Source: Desulfatiglandales bacterium (GTDB lineage Bacteria > Desulfobacterota > DSM-4660 > Desulfatiglandales > Desulfatiglandaceae). From it: a stretch of DNA of 64,000 nucleotides. The notes beneath the pieces were generated by a model. That model did not search any database, had not been told where the DNA came from, and worked only from the letters and a program-made list of their open reading frames with translations. The stretch's first letter is position 1, and each line of letters starts with the position of its first letter. The stretch lies in the NCBI GenBank assembly GCA_963662465.1, contig OY759599.1:7360001-7424000 (forward strand), in the 5' to 3' direction. Both the position numbers and the translations under genes were made by a program. Positions 31,139 to 40,000 of the stretch are shown here, one piece after another.

Positions 31139-33124
31139 ATGGGAAAAACATTCATCATTAATCGTCTTGTTTCAGTTAAGAAAAAAATCTGTTTGGCGGC
31201 CTTTTTGCTTATTGTGCTTGGTCCTCATGTAAACTTGGCGGCAAAAGCTGAATCTGATATCTTGAGTAAGCAGGCGGAGATCGTATGGTCGCAGTTTGAT
31301 GGGCAGAACCGTGAGATTTATTACAGCTGGTTAACTGATTCCGGTTGGTCAGATGGCTTAAAGTTGTCCGACTCTTCGGAGACCAACATGATGCCCTGTG
31401 TATGTTCAGGAAATGATGGGCTTAGCTGGGCCGTTTGGACTACCGATCGTGGGTTGGAAAGTGATCTTTTTTATGCTTATTCAAACGCAGGAAAATGGGT
31501 TGAACCCATTAAAATCTCAACTGGTTTAAGGAATAATGTGGCGCCCTCAATGGTTTTAGATCAAGAGAACAGGCCTTGGATTGCCTGGTCCGGCAGTAAG
31601 GCAGACGGCAAGGGCAGTGATATCTTTTGCTCTTGGTGGAATGGGAGCGCTTGGGAGGAACCGTTGAGGGTGAACAAGCCGGACGCTACACCCGATATTA
31701 TGCCGCTTATGGGTATAGAGGGAAATGTTCCCTGGGTTTGTTGGTTTGGTTTTGATGGGTCTAGGTATCGGGTTTATTGCAGTCGTTGGTCTTCCAAAGG
31801 GTGGAGCGAGGAAATTCAGTCGGAAAATGGTGCTCTTTATGATCTTTTGATGAAGATGGGGGAACAGCGCATGATCCCACCGCTTCCAGGAGGCATAACA
31901 GATCCGGAAAAGGCTTGTGTCTATGTTCGGAATGAGGGCGCTTTAAAATCCATTCCAATGCGGTATTTTACGCTCAAGGATCTGCTCGGCATGGCAGCGC
32001 AAAACAGTACTGAAACGATCAGAAGCGGGGAATCCGCTTCAGGGGATCTGGTTATTCTTAGTTTTGGCGACAGTATTACACAAGGATATCCCGATATCAC
32101 AACGGTTGGCGGCGGAAGACGCGTTGGAGGATATGAACCGACACTGGAAACCCTTCTGGTTGATGATTCCCGGCCTTCCCAGGTTTTAAACTGGGGAGTT
32201 GGGGGTGAAAGGACGTTTACCGGTGTTGGGAGGATTGACTCCGTGCTTTCGGATCCTACAGCGGATTATATCCTTATACTTGAAGGAACCAATGATTATG
32301 ATGAGATTTCCTGGGAGGATACCATTATCAATTTGGGCCTCATGGTAGATAAGAGTGTGGCGCAAAATATAGTCCCGATCCTTTCCACGTTGACCCCTGA
32401 TACTGTTATTGATCAATTTGATAAGGATATTATCATCAAAACATCCTATAACCCGGGTATAAAAGATTTGGCTGTCCAAAAAGCCGTAATACTGGCGGAT
32501 CAATATGATGGGCTTATTGCCAATTGGAAATCTCAGCCTTTGACTGGTGACGGCCTTCATCCCAATACTGAAGGATATGAGGCCATGGCGCATATATGGT
32601 TCGGTGTTATTCCCGGACCTCCGTTGGCAACAACCACGGCAGCAGGCCCCATTGGCTTCACAACGGCTGTTTTGAATGGAACGGTCAATCCCAACGGAAG
32701 TGGCACCCAATATTACTTTGAGTATGGTCAAACCACGACCTACGGGAATTCCACGGTAAGCACCAGTGCCGGATCAGGTGAAGGTGTTGCGATGGTAAAT
32801 GCTTCGGTAATCGGATTAACCGGCGAAATTCTATACCATTTTAGGATTGTGGCAACGAATAATGCTGGAATTGCATACGGTGAGGACCTTACATTCATGA
32901 CCCATATTCCACCATGTGATGGTTGCGAGGAAGACATTGTAATTCTCAAAAATGTCATTTTCCCATCGGGAACCTTTTGCGAGTGCGTTGCCGGAATATC
33001 CATTGCGGTGGAAAATGTCACTATTGAGAGCGGCGCTAATGTTAGCTTTAAAGCGCCTGAGATAAATATTTCAAAACAATTTAATGCTGAAAGCGGCAGT
33101 TCAGTGAGCATTAAACAAAACTAG
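31139..33124 (+). CDS. Secreted SGNH/GDSL hydrolase with N-terminal beta-repeat region, FN3-like domain and C-terminal Cys-containing cap
   Basis: Signal peptide; 'FGDSITQG', 'NWGVGGE', 'EGTND', 'DGLHPN'; 'VLNGTVNPNG..FEYGQTTTYG'; cap shared with 9475..10638. Confidence 0.85.
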   Translation: MGKTFIINRLVSVKKKICLAAFLLIVLGPHVNLAAKAESDILSKQAEIVWSQFDGQNREIYYSWLTDSGWSDGLKLSDSSETNMMPCVCSGNDGLSWAVWTTDRGLESDLFYAYSNAGKWVEPIKISTGLRNNVAPSMVLDQENRPWIAWSGSKADGKGSDIFCSWWNGSAWEEPLRVNKPDATPDIMPLMGIEGNVPWVCWFGFDGSRYRVYCSRWSSKGWSEEIQSENGALYDLLMKMGEQRMIPPLPGGITDPEKACVYVRNEGALKSIPMRYFTLKDLLGMAAQNSTETIRSGESASGDLVILSFGDSITQGYPDITTVGGGRRVGGYEPTLETLLVDDSRPSQVLNWGVGGERTFTGVGRIDSVLSDPTADYILILEGTNDYDEISWEDTIINLGLMVDKSVAQNIVPILSTLTPDTVIDQFDKDIIIKTSYNPGIKDLAVQKAVILADQYDGLIANWKSQPLTGDGLHPNTEGYEAMAHIWFGVIPGPPLATTTAAGPIGFTTAVLNGTVNPNGSGTQYYFEYGQTTTYGNSTVSTSAGSGEGVAMVNASVIGLTGEILYHFRIVATNNAGIAYGEDLTFMTHIPPCDGCEEDIVILKNVIFPSGTFCECVAGISIAVENVTIESGANVSFKAPEINISKQFNAESGSSVSIKQN

Positions 33125-33171
33125 CCTTTTGGATCAGGCTTGGGATATTCAATACCATCAGAAAAGTCTTT

Positions 33172-34386
33172 TTATATGATATACAACCATTTGAGTGCCA
33201 GCATAAACATGACCCCATGGAGACAGAGGGGTAGAAGGTAGGCCTTGTCCCCCGATTTTACAAAAGTGAGTACAAGAAATACCGCGCTGGGAAGAAATAC
33301 CCTGCTATATGCCCATGGTTCCACCCACATGATTTCCGTCATTAAAAACGGCATGAGGGAGAAAAGCAAAAAACAGATGGTCGTTTCATTTAGGGATAAA
33401 AATATTTCCTGAATTGCCAGGACCAGGGAAATGATGCATACCATGACGAAAATCAACAAGTATGATACCTTATAGCTGATCCAGTGGGGAGTGCCAATGG
33501 CTTTTTCAAGGTTGGTGATAATTCCCATGAAAGGGATGCCGAGTCTTCCCGGTTGCCATGTCAGGGTCTGTATTTTGTAATATACGTAAAACTGCCATAG
33601 CAGAAATGGAACCAGGGGTATCAGGGAAAACAACCCTGCTTTTAAGTTGCGTTTAAGGAAAATTTCGTCAAAGGCCAGTATTGGGACTACGGCCAGAAAA
33701 ATTTCTCTTGTCAAAACTGAAGCTGAAATGAATAAAGCGCTGATGATAAAATTTTGACGGTAATAGAAGAATAGACCTCCCACCACAAATCCAGCTGCGA
33801 GCGGTCCGGAGAGATCCCTGAGTATGGTGAATAGAAAACCGCTCAAAAAGGTATAGAAAAGGGCATACCAGGGGTTCATTTTTCGGTCTTTCAACATCAA
33901 GGCCACGAAATAAGTGCCCATGATAATGGCGGCTAAATTTACCAGGATAAGCATGAAAGGGATTAAATCGGGGATTCCGCAGGAAAGCCCATAGACCAGC
34001 AGAGGATACAACATTCGCTGATATCGGTAGGCGGGTGCATCCAGATACTGGTACATTTTTGTCAGAATCAGGGGATCATGGGCCATGATATAGTAGAACT
34101 GACCATCATAACCTATTGAAGATTTAAAAACGATTGTTTTTTTCGGGATTATTTTAGCGGGGAAAAGCTTATCTCCGATTGTAATGAGTCCTGTCATGTT
34201 CCAGTCAAATCGTTCTCCATATTGATAGAGGATTGCCAAATAGAAAAAAATCGATAGCAGGAGAACATACAAGATCGTTCTGTGGTGAAAAATAGCGGTT
34301 TGGGATGGTAATGCCGTGGATTTTTCCTTACGAGGGAGTTCTTTTAAAGAAGTTTTTTCAGCTTGAACAGGCCTATTCATGTGCAA
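33172..34386 (-). CDS. Multi-TM GT-C-like cell-surface glycopolymer protein (resembles AZOBR_p60025 family)
   Basis: 'GYDGQFYYIMAHDP', 'DAPAYRYQRMLYPLL', 'LTRE'; about 10 TM segments. Confidence 0.7.
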   Translation of the reverse strand: MHMNRPVQAEKTSLKELPRKEKSTALPSQTAIFHHRTILYVLLLSIFFYLAILYQYGERFDWNMTGLITIGDKLFPAKIIPKKTIVFKSSIGYDGQFYYIMAHDPLILTKMYQYLDAPAYRYQRMLYPLLVYGLSCGIPDLIPFMLILVNLAAIIMGTYFVALMLKDRKMNPWYALFYTFLSGFLFTILRDLSGPLAAGFVVGGLFFYYRQNFIISALFISASVLTREIFLAVVPILAFDEIFLKRNLKAGLFSLIPLVPFLLWQFYVYYKIQTLTWQPGRLGIPFMGIITNLEKAIGTPHWISYKVSYLLIFVMVCIISLVLAIQEIFLSLNETTICFLLFSLMPFLMTEIMWVEPWAYSRVFLPSAVFLVLTFVKSGDKAYLLPLCLHGVMFMLALKWLYII

Positions 34387-34540
34387 AAGATTCTATTTCT
34401 CGAGTTTCTGATCTTCCGTAAAGAGGGGTCAATGATATTCAGGGGATGATATGTATATGGGAATGCAAACACAAGGAGTTTTTTACATAAATGGAAATAA
34501 AGTTACACCTTTGGTAGCTGGTGCTTGAAAAGCCGTTCTT

Positions 34541-36259
34541 TCAAGGAAGGATGCGCACATTGAGAAGGTTCATACAACCGTTGTTGACTTTTGGGGCCTT
34601 GATGATGCTTTCAGAAGATACCTGTTTTGTAAAGGATGTATCCCAGCCACCCTCCAGGGTAATTGTTCTGGCGTCATTTAATAAGAACGGTTCAGCATAA
34701 GTGCCTTGGGCGATTTTTATGGCGTTTGCTGAGTAAGGCGCATCTATGGCCGTTTGAATGGAAGTGTAGCAGGGACAACCGCCACAGGTTTCAAGGCTTG
34801 AATTCACATAGACTGACCCTTTAAACGCCGCTGTCGTAAATTGCACGTTGTCTCCATAATTTGTACCGGCGCTGTTGGTTGCATAGGCTCTTGCAAAATA
34901 GGACTTTCCCAAATCCAGGCCGGTGATAATGCTCTGAAAATCGCCGGTTCCCTCTCCGTCGTTTGTGTGGCTGTCCCCGGTGGAGGGATTTTGAGTCGGG
35001 CTCCAGCAGACTCCCCTTGCCGTCACGGCGGATCCCCCGTTGGATGTCACGTTTCCTCCCCCCGACGCTCGGTCGCAGGTTAAATCGATTGCAGAGGTGA
35101 TGACCGTTGGAACTGTAATGGTCTGGGTATAGGTATGGAGCGGCAATTGGTCTACGTTTCCGCCGGGGAGGTTGTAGGCGGTATCACAGATGCCATCTTC
35201 GTTGCTGTCTCCTGTCACCTGAGAAAACCCTGTTCCATCCGGTTTCGCCCAGAAATTGCCGCCAAGGAAAGGGCCCCCCACGATATTTACGCCGGCGGTT
35301 TGTGATGTGTTAAACTGGTTCCCCGTGTTGCTTCCGTCAAATCCCACGCTTATTTCGATATCATAGATGTTAACGTTACTGAAATAGTTGTTATAGATGG
35401 TGTTATAGTTGCTTGAATGGAACCAGATCCCCTTGTCCTGGTTTCCCGTGATGGTATTTCCTTTTATCGTATTGTTGCCGGCTTTTTCTCCGAGATAAAG
35501 GCCCACCCGATTGTTTTTAACACTGTTTTCACTTACCATATTATGTTCAGGGGCTTTCATTTCAGGATAGTTGTCGTTTCCTTTAAGGACGATGCCCCGA
35601 TCTCCGTTTTCGTTCGCTGTATTTCCGGTCAGGGTGTTGTAAATGCTTTCGAGATTCAATTCGATGCCAGCCATACCGTTATTGTTTGCGGTATTGTTGA
35701 CTAGTGTGTTGTCGCGATTGATGCAGTCAATCACAGGATATTCCGAATCATCACCGTCCAGAACGATGCCGTAAAGTGTATTGTTGTTAGCTGTATTGCC
35801 TGTGACTGTGGTGGATTTTGCGTTCCAAAGGTAAATGCCGTATGCATTTCCACTTGCATTGCAGTTTTCAACCCTGCCATTTCGGATCCATTCAAATAGG
35901 ATTCCGTAATGTTTTTTCTCTATTCTCACATTTTTGATTGTAATGTTCTGCATCTCGGGCCCGCCATTGACAAGGATGCCTAACCTCTCTTCGCCCGAAC
36001 CGCTGATGGTTTTGCCCCGTCCATCCAGCACAACGTTGTTGGCCCGAATGCGGATGGCGCAGTCGTCCGCAGTGGTAAAAACCTCTCCTTCAAAATTTAG
36101 ATAGTAGTTTCCTGATTCAGAAATAATCCACGAATCTCCATCAAATTCCGGACTGTTTCTATCCAGCGGTATGTCTGCGTATGCCGGTGCGAGGTTCAGC
36201 CCGATAAAAATTATCAAGAAGATTTGAAAGATGGTTCGGCTAATGAAATCTTTTCTCAT
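34541..36259 (-). CDS. Secreted NosD/pectin-lyase-like beta-helix protein + FN3-like domain + C-terminal Cys-rich cap
   Basis: Signal peptide ending AYA; 'GNTANNN..GI.L' repeats; 'GGNFWAKPDGTGFS..DGICD'; 'ARGVCWS..RAYATNSAG'; cap 'CGGCPCYTSIQTAID..LEGGWD'. Confidence 0.82.
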   Translation of the reverse strand: MRKDFISRTIFQIFLIIFIGLNLAPAYADIPLDRNSPEFDGDSWIISESGNYYLNFEGEVFTTADDCAIRIRANNVVLDGRGKTISGSGEERLGILVNGGPEMQNITIKNVRIEKKHYGILFEWIRNGRVENCNASGNAYGIYLWNAKSTTVTGNTANNNTLYGIVLDGDDSEYPVIDCINRDNTLVNNTANNNGMAGIELNLESIYNTLTGNTANENGDRGIVLKGNDNYPEMKAPEHNMVSENSVKNNRVGLYLGEKAGNNTIKGNTITGNQDKGIWFHSSNYNTIYNNYFSNVNIYDIEISVGFDGSNTGNQFNTSQTAGVNIVGGPFLGGNFWAKPDGTGFSQVTGDSNEDGICDTAYNLPGGNVDQLPLHTYTQTITVPTVITSAIDLTCDRASGGGNVTSNGGSAVTARGVCWSPTQNPSTGDSHTNDGEGTGDFQSIITGLDLGKSYFARAYATNSAGTNYGDNVQFTTAAFKGSVYVNSSLETCGGCPCYTSIQTAIDAPYSANAIKIAQGTYAEPFLLNDARTITLEGGWDTSFTKQVSSESIIKAPKVNNGCMNLLNVRILP

Positions 36260-36332
36260 TTTGTTTACTCCTTGATTCAGAAATGATATGTTTACGAAAG
36301 TTACGGTAAATAGCTGATTCTCTTACTTAGAA

Positions 36333-36665
36333 TTATGCACAGTCGATTTTAGGGTTGTATTGGCCATGGCGATTGAGTTTGGTCAGGTGGAAAGAGAGCT
36401 TGAGACGGCCAACCAGCGTAATACCAGTTTGATTGAGCAGTCTGCAGAACTTGTCTGCGGCCACGCGATGCTTTTGATTGTCAATTCTATCCAATATCAT
36501 TACGAGGGTTTCCTCAATCAGTTGGAGATATCCGGATTTGCGGGTAATCATGCCTAAAATTTGCTTGATGTCCCGGAGGTTATCATAGCATCGTCTGAAA
36601 ATTTCCACTAAACGCTCGCGGGAGTGGAAAGTCAAACACGACACTAAATCATAGGGAATTCCCAA
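36333..36665 (-). pseudogene. Probable transposase C-terminal fragment
   Basis: Short ORF lacking a proper N-terminus; pattern 'Y.N.RD..QIL..IT..SG.L..L.RID..A..FC..LN' recalls C-termini of putative transposases; abuts another IS relic. Confidence 0.45.
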
Positions 36666-36734
36666 GAAATAATCTACTCATTTTTTCAAGCATAATGTTA
36701 CCCCGAAAAGATAAATGCAATTAGAATCTTTCAT

Positions 36735-37170
36735 GCCCATCCGGATGTTGCATACCTCTTCCAGAAGATGCTCGGGATCAAGCGGTACGAAACGTCTTTC
36801 AATATGCTTTACAAGCTTCATACCGCAATGGTGCGGCCAGGACGAGATGCAATCGGTGGAGAGAGTGGCCAGTTGAAGTAGATGAAACGTATGTAGGCGG
36901 TGCGACACAAGGAGAAGGAAGTGGGAGGCGCCATAAAACTCTTGTTGGCGGCATTGTTGAAGTATGTCCGAGGAAAAAGGCACCCGGCCCTGATCCTAAT
37001 TTGCCAACTGGCCAGCGTCCACAGCATCGTGGAGGACATGGACGAGGTGTTATTGCAGGCAGGTTGCGGCTCCAGATTCTCCCAAATCGCAAGCAGGAGA
37101 CCCTGGAACCTTTTGTTCGGAAAAATGTAAAGCTGGGAACTGAAGTACGAACTGACGGATTTTCTTTGTG
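36735..37170 (+). mobile_element. Degenerate IS1595-family (ISXO2-like) transposase fragment
   Basis: Across frameshifts: 'RYETSFNMLYKLHTAMVRPGRD', 'VEVDETYVGG', 'KTLVGGIVEV', 'AGRLRLQILPNRKQETLEPFVRKNVKLGTEVRTDG'. Confidence 0.85.
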
Positions 37171-37246
37171 TAGGCGAAAGATATGCGAAGCGATTACAGT
37201 TCATTGGTCTGTTGTAGAGTAGAACTTGACCCTAACCTATTAACCC

Positions 37247-38392
37247 ATGAAAGGTTGTGATTTTGTTATGTCCCATAATGCGATTGATCTGGTGGCGGGC
37301 GCCCGCCCCAATTTTATGAAACTGGCGCCGGTGGTAAGGGCACTCAAACAGCATGGTGCGGCGTTGGCCGCTCGGAATCTCTCCTGGCGGATTATCCATA
37401 CGGGCCAGCACTATGATCAGGGGATGAACGATGTTTTCTTCAGCGAGCTTGGCATTCCCATTCCTAATGTGAACCTGAATGTGGGGTCCGGGTCCCATGG
37501 CGCCCAGACGGCAAGGATTCTGGAACGATATGAGGCTCACCTGTTGAAAGACCCATCCGCGGCCACCGTGGTGTTTGGGGACGTCAATTCCACTGTGGCA
37601 TGCGCGCTTGCGGCGGTGAAATTGGGCATTCCCGTGGTCCACGTTGAGGCGGGACTTCGAAGCTTTGATCGCACCATGCCCGAAGAGATCAACCGGATTG
37701 TGACCGATGCACTGTCTCAGGTGCTGTTGGTGTCCGAGCCCAGCGGCGTGGAGAACCTGAAACGTGAAGGGGTGGCTGGAAAGAAGATTCATCTGGTGGG
37801 CAATGTTATGATCGATACCCTGGCCCATGAGCTTCCCAAGGCCATGGAAAGCGATATCCTGAGTCGCATTGGGTTGACCCGACCCTATGGGTTGATTACC
37901 CTGCATCGGCCTGCCAATGTGGATAACCCTGCCGTGCTGAAGCCTCTCCTTGAATGCCTGGCCGACTTTTCAAAAATGCTGCCCATGGTTTTTCCGGTTC
38001 ACCCCCGAACTCAAAAGGCCATCAATGAGAACGGGCTCCAATGCCTGTTTGATGCAAATCCTGCGTTTAAGCGTGTCTCTCCCTTGCCATACCGGGAAAA
38101 TCTGTGTCTCATGAGTCGGGCTAAAGTGGTGCTGACCGACTCCGGCGGCATGCAGGAAGAAACCACGTTTCTGAAGGTGCCCTGTCTCACGTTGCGGGAT
38201 AATACGGAACGGCCCATTACCATTGAAAAAGGGACCAGTCGTCTGGTGGGAAACGATCCTCATAAAGTCCGTCTGGGGTTGGAGGATGTTTTGCGGGACA
38301 GGTGGCCGGAAGGGGAAGATATTCCCCTGTGGGACGGCAGGACGGGGGATCGAATTGCGGAGATTCTGCTTTCGGGAGATATGGGCTTTTAG
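37247..38392 (+). CDS. wecB: UDP-N-acetylglucosamine 2-epimerase (non-hydrolysing)
   Basis: 'GARPNFMKLAP', 'HTGQHYD', 'HVEAGLRS', 'MPEEINR', 'TDSGGMQEE', 'TERP'. Confidence 0.96.
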   Translation: MKGCDFVMSHNAIDLVAGARPNFMKLAPVVRALKQHGAALAARNLSWRIIHTGQHYDQGMNDVFFSELGIPIPNVNLNVGSGSHGAQTARILERYEAHLLKDPSAATVVFGDVNSTVACALAAVKLGIPVVHVEAGLRSFDRTMPEEINRIVTDALSQVLLVSEPSGVENLKREGVAGKKIHLVGNVMIDTLAHELPKAMESDILSRIGLTRPYGLITLHRPANVDNPAVLKPLLECLADFSKMLPMVFPVHPRTQKAINENGLQCLFDANPAFKRVSPLPYRENLCLMSRAKVVLTDSGGMQEETTFLKVPCLTLRDNTERPITIEKGTSRLVGNDPHKVRLGLEDVLRDRWPEGEDIPLWDGRTGDRIAEILLSGDMGF

Positions 38393-38444
38393 GCTTAAGG
38401 ACTGACTACCGGTTTACAGTTGAAAAAAAGGGGAGGTGTAGCTT

Positions 38445-39743
38445 TCAACCCTCCAACAGGAACTTCCAGGCAGGGAGGACCTCTATTTTTTTATTTCCCT
38501 CCTGTAAAATCTCATTTTCATCATGGGTAACGATTACGGCTGATTCCGCCTGCTGTTCTTCCATTGCAATCAAAAGAGATGATATTTCCCGCTGCCTTGT
38601 TTTCTCATCTTTCATTGACCAGCATACCTGAGCAAAATGCTTTTTTCTCTGCCTGTCCAGCCAGATAAAATCAACTTCTCGGCCATTGTTTGTTCGGTAG
38701 TAATACACTTCGCACCCCTGCCGCCTGAGGTGGAGAAAAACAATGTTTTCAAGAAGACGTCCTCGATCTTCTGTAATCATAGGGGTTACAGCTTGTACCA
38801 TTCCGTGATCAATGCAATACACCTTTCTTGGATTGGTATTCTGTTTGTTAATAGAAGCGCTGTAGCGTTTAATTGAAAAAAGAAAATATGCATCCTCAAA
38901 CCAATCAAGGCACTGCCCTACAAAACTTTTACTGACTTTGTGTCCGAGAGATTTTAAATAATCAGTTATTTTATTTATGGAGTAGAGGGAAGAAATTGAT
39001 GAAATGAGACGGTAACCGGCATCAATTACAGCTTTTGGGTGCAGCGTATCAAAGCGCTCTATGATATCCCGATGCAAAATTGCTTTATAATATTCCTGCA
39101 GCAGCATAATTTGGATCTGATTCGTAGCGGAAACTGTCTCTGGGAACCCCCCCCTCCTGAAGAAGTCGCCATAGGCATTCTGAATGATCAACTTGTTTTT
39201 GGTTGTGATTTTATGATACTCGACCTGTTTGGCATCTAAAAATTCTTTAAAAGAAAAAGGAAACAGCTCCCAAGTCAGGGAACGGCCTCTCATTTGGGTC
39301 GATATTTCTTTTGACAGCATTTTGGATGAAGAACCGGAGAGATACACCTCGCAGTTTTCAGTACGAAGCAGTCGATCAATAAAGGGCTCCCAGTTTTGCG
39401 CTTCCTGTATTTCATCAAAAAAACAGTAGATTTTTTCCGCGCCCTTTTTTTGGGGGTAAAGCGCATAGTAAGCATCAATAACAGCGCCGATATTACCTTT
39501 TTTTAATGCCCACAGACGATCATCAAAAAAATTAAGATACAGAATGTTTTCAATATTTTTGTGTTTTTGGAGTAAATTGGCAATGATCTGGTAAAGCAGT
39601 GTCGATTTTCCACAACGTCTGACGCCTATACAGATAAATGCCTTGTTCGGAAAAACTTCATATTGCATGTGTCTTGCGATACCAGGTTCAAGCCTTTGAT
39701 CCTGAAAATCCAGAATAATTTGCTGTAGAATCTCTTTATCCAT
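38445..39743 (-). CDS. AAA_14 ATPase with C-terminal DUF4143 / nuclease-like domain
   Basis: Walker A GVRRCGKST, 'FFDEIQ', 'SGSS', 'GGFPE', 'KVYCIDHG', 'EVDF..AQVC'. Confidence 0.9.
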   Translation of the reverse strand: MDKEILQQIILDFQDQRLEPGIARHMQYEVFPNKAFICIGVRRCGKSTLLYQIIANLLQKHKNIENILYLNFFDDRLWALKKGNIGAVIDAYYALYPQKKGAEKIYCFFDEIQEAQNWEPFIDRLLRTENCEVYLSGSSSKMLSKEISTQMRGRSLTWELFPFSFKEFLDAKQVEYHKITTKNKLIIQNAYGDFFRRGGFPETVSATNQIQIMLLQEYYKAILHRDIIERFDTLHPKAVIDAGYRLISSISSLYSINKITDYLKSLGHKVSKSFVGQCLDWFEDAYFLFSIKRYSASINKQNTNPRKVYCIDHGMVQAVTPMITEDRGRLLENIVFLHLRRQGCEVYYYRTNNGREVDFIWLDRQRKKHFAQVCWSMKDEKTRQREISSLLIAMEEQQAESAVIVTHDENEILQEGNKKIEVLPAWKFLLEG

Positions 39744-39849
39744 TGCATCCTTCTCAAGCTGGAAGAATAAATGACCGATTTGTTGTTCTATTGGAAACTA
39801 ATCTTACCAGTTGGTAAGAATAAAAGCCAAATCCATTTGGGTATCCTTA

Positions 39850-39995
39850 GGCCTTGATCATCGTTTCGGCCACCCGGCAATAAATTGCCGGGCTATTGTC
39901 TGTCGCCCCGATGGGGCTTTTACCGTCCTGTAGGGTTGATAATAGCCAGGGGTTTCAACCCCTGGTGGCAAATGGCCGAAACGATGATCAAGGCC
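39850..39995. mobile_element. 146-bp MITE with 23-bp perfect terminal inverted repeats and 8-bp target-site duplication
   Basis: ggccttgatcatcgtttcggcca (39850-39872) / tggccgaaacgatgatcaaggcc (39973-39995); tatcctta at 39842-39849 and 39996-40003; three internal hairpins. Confidence 0.9.
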
Positions 39996-40000
39996 TATCC

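Noticed and set aside
36673..37223. tctactc / gagtaga as terminal inverted repeats of the IS1595 relic
   Set aside because: Only 7 bp match with no target duplication; likely chance.
37232..37906. 224-aa minus-strand ORF
   Set aside because: Antisense to wecB.
39850..39995. tRNA, riboswitch or simple terminator interpretation of the hairpin cluster
   Set aside because: No cloverleaf or riboswitch consensus; TIRs plus an 8-bp TSD are better explained by a MITE.
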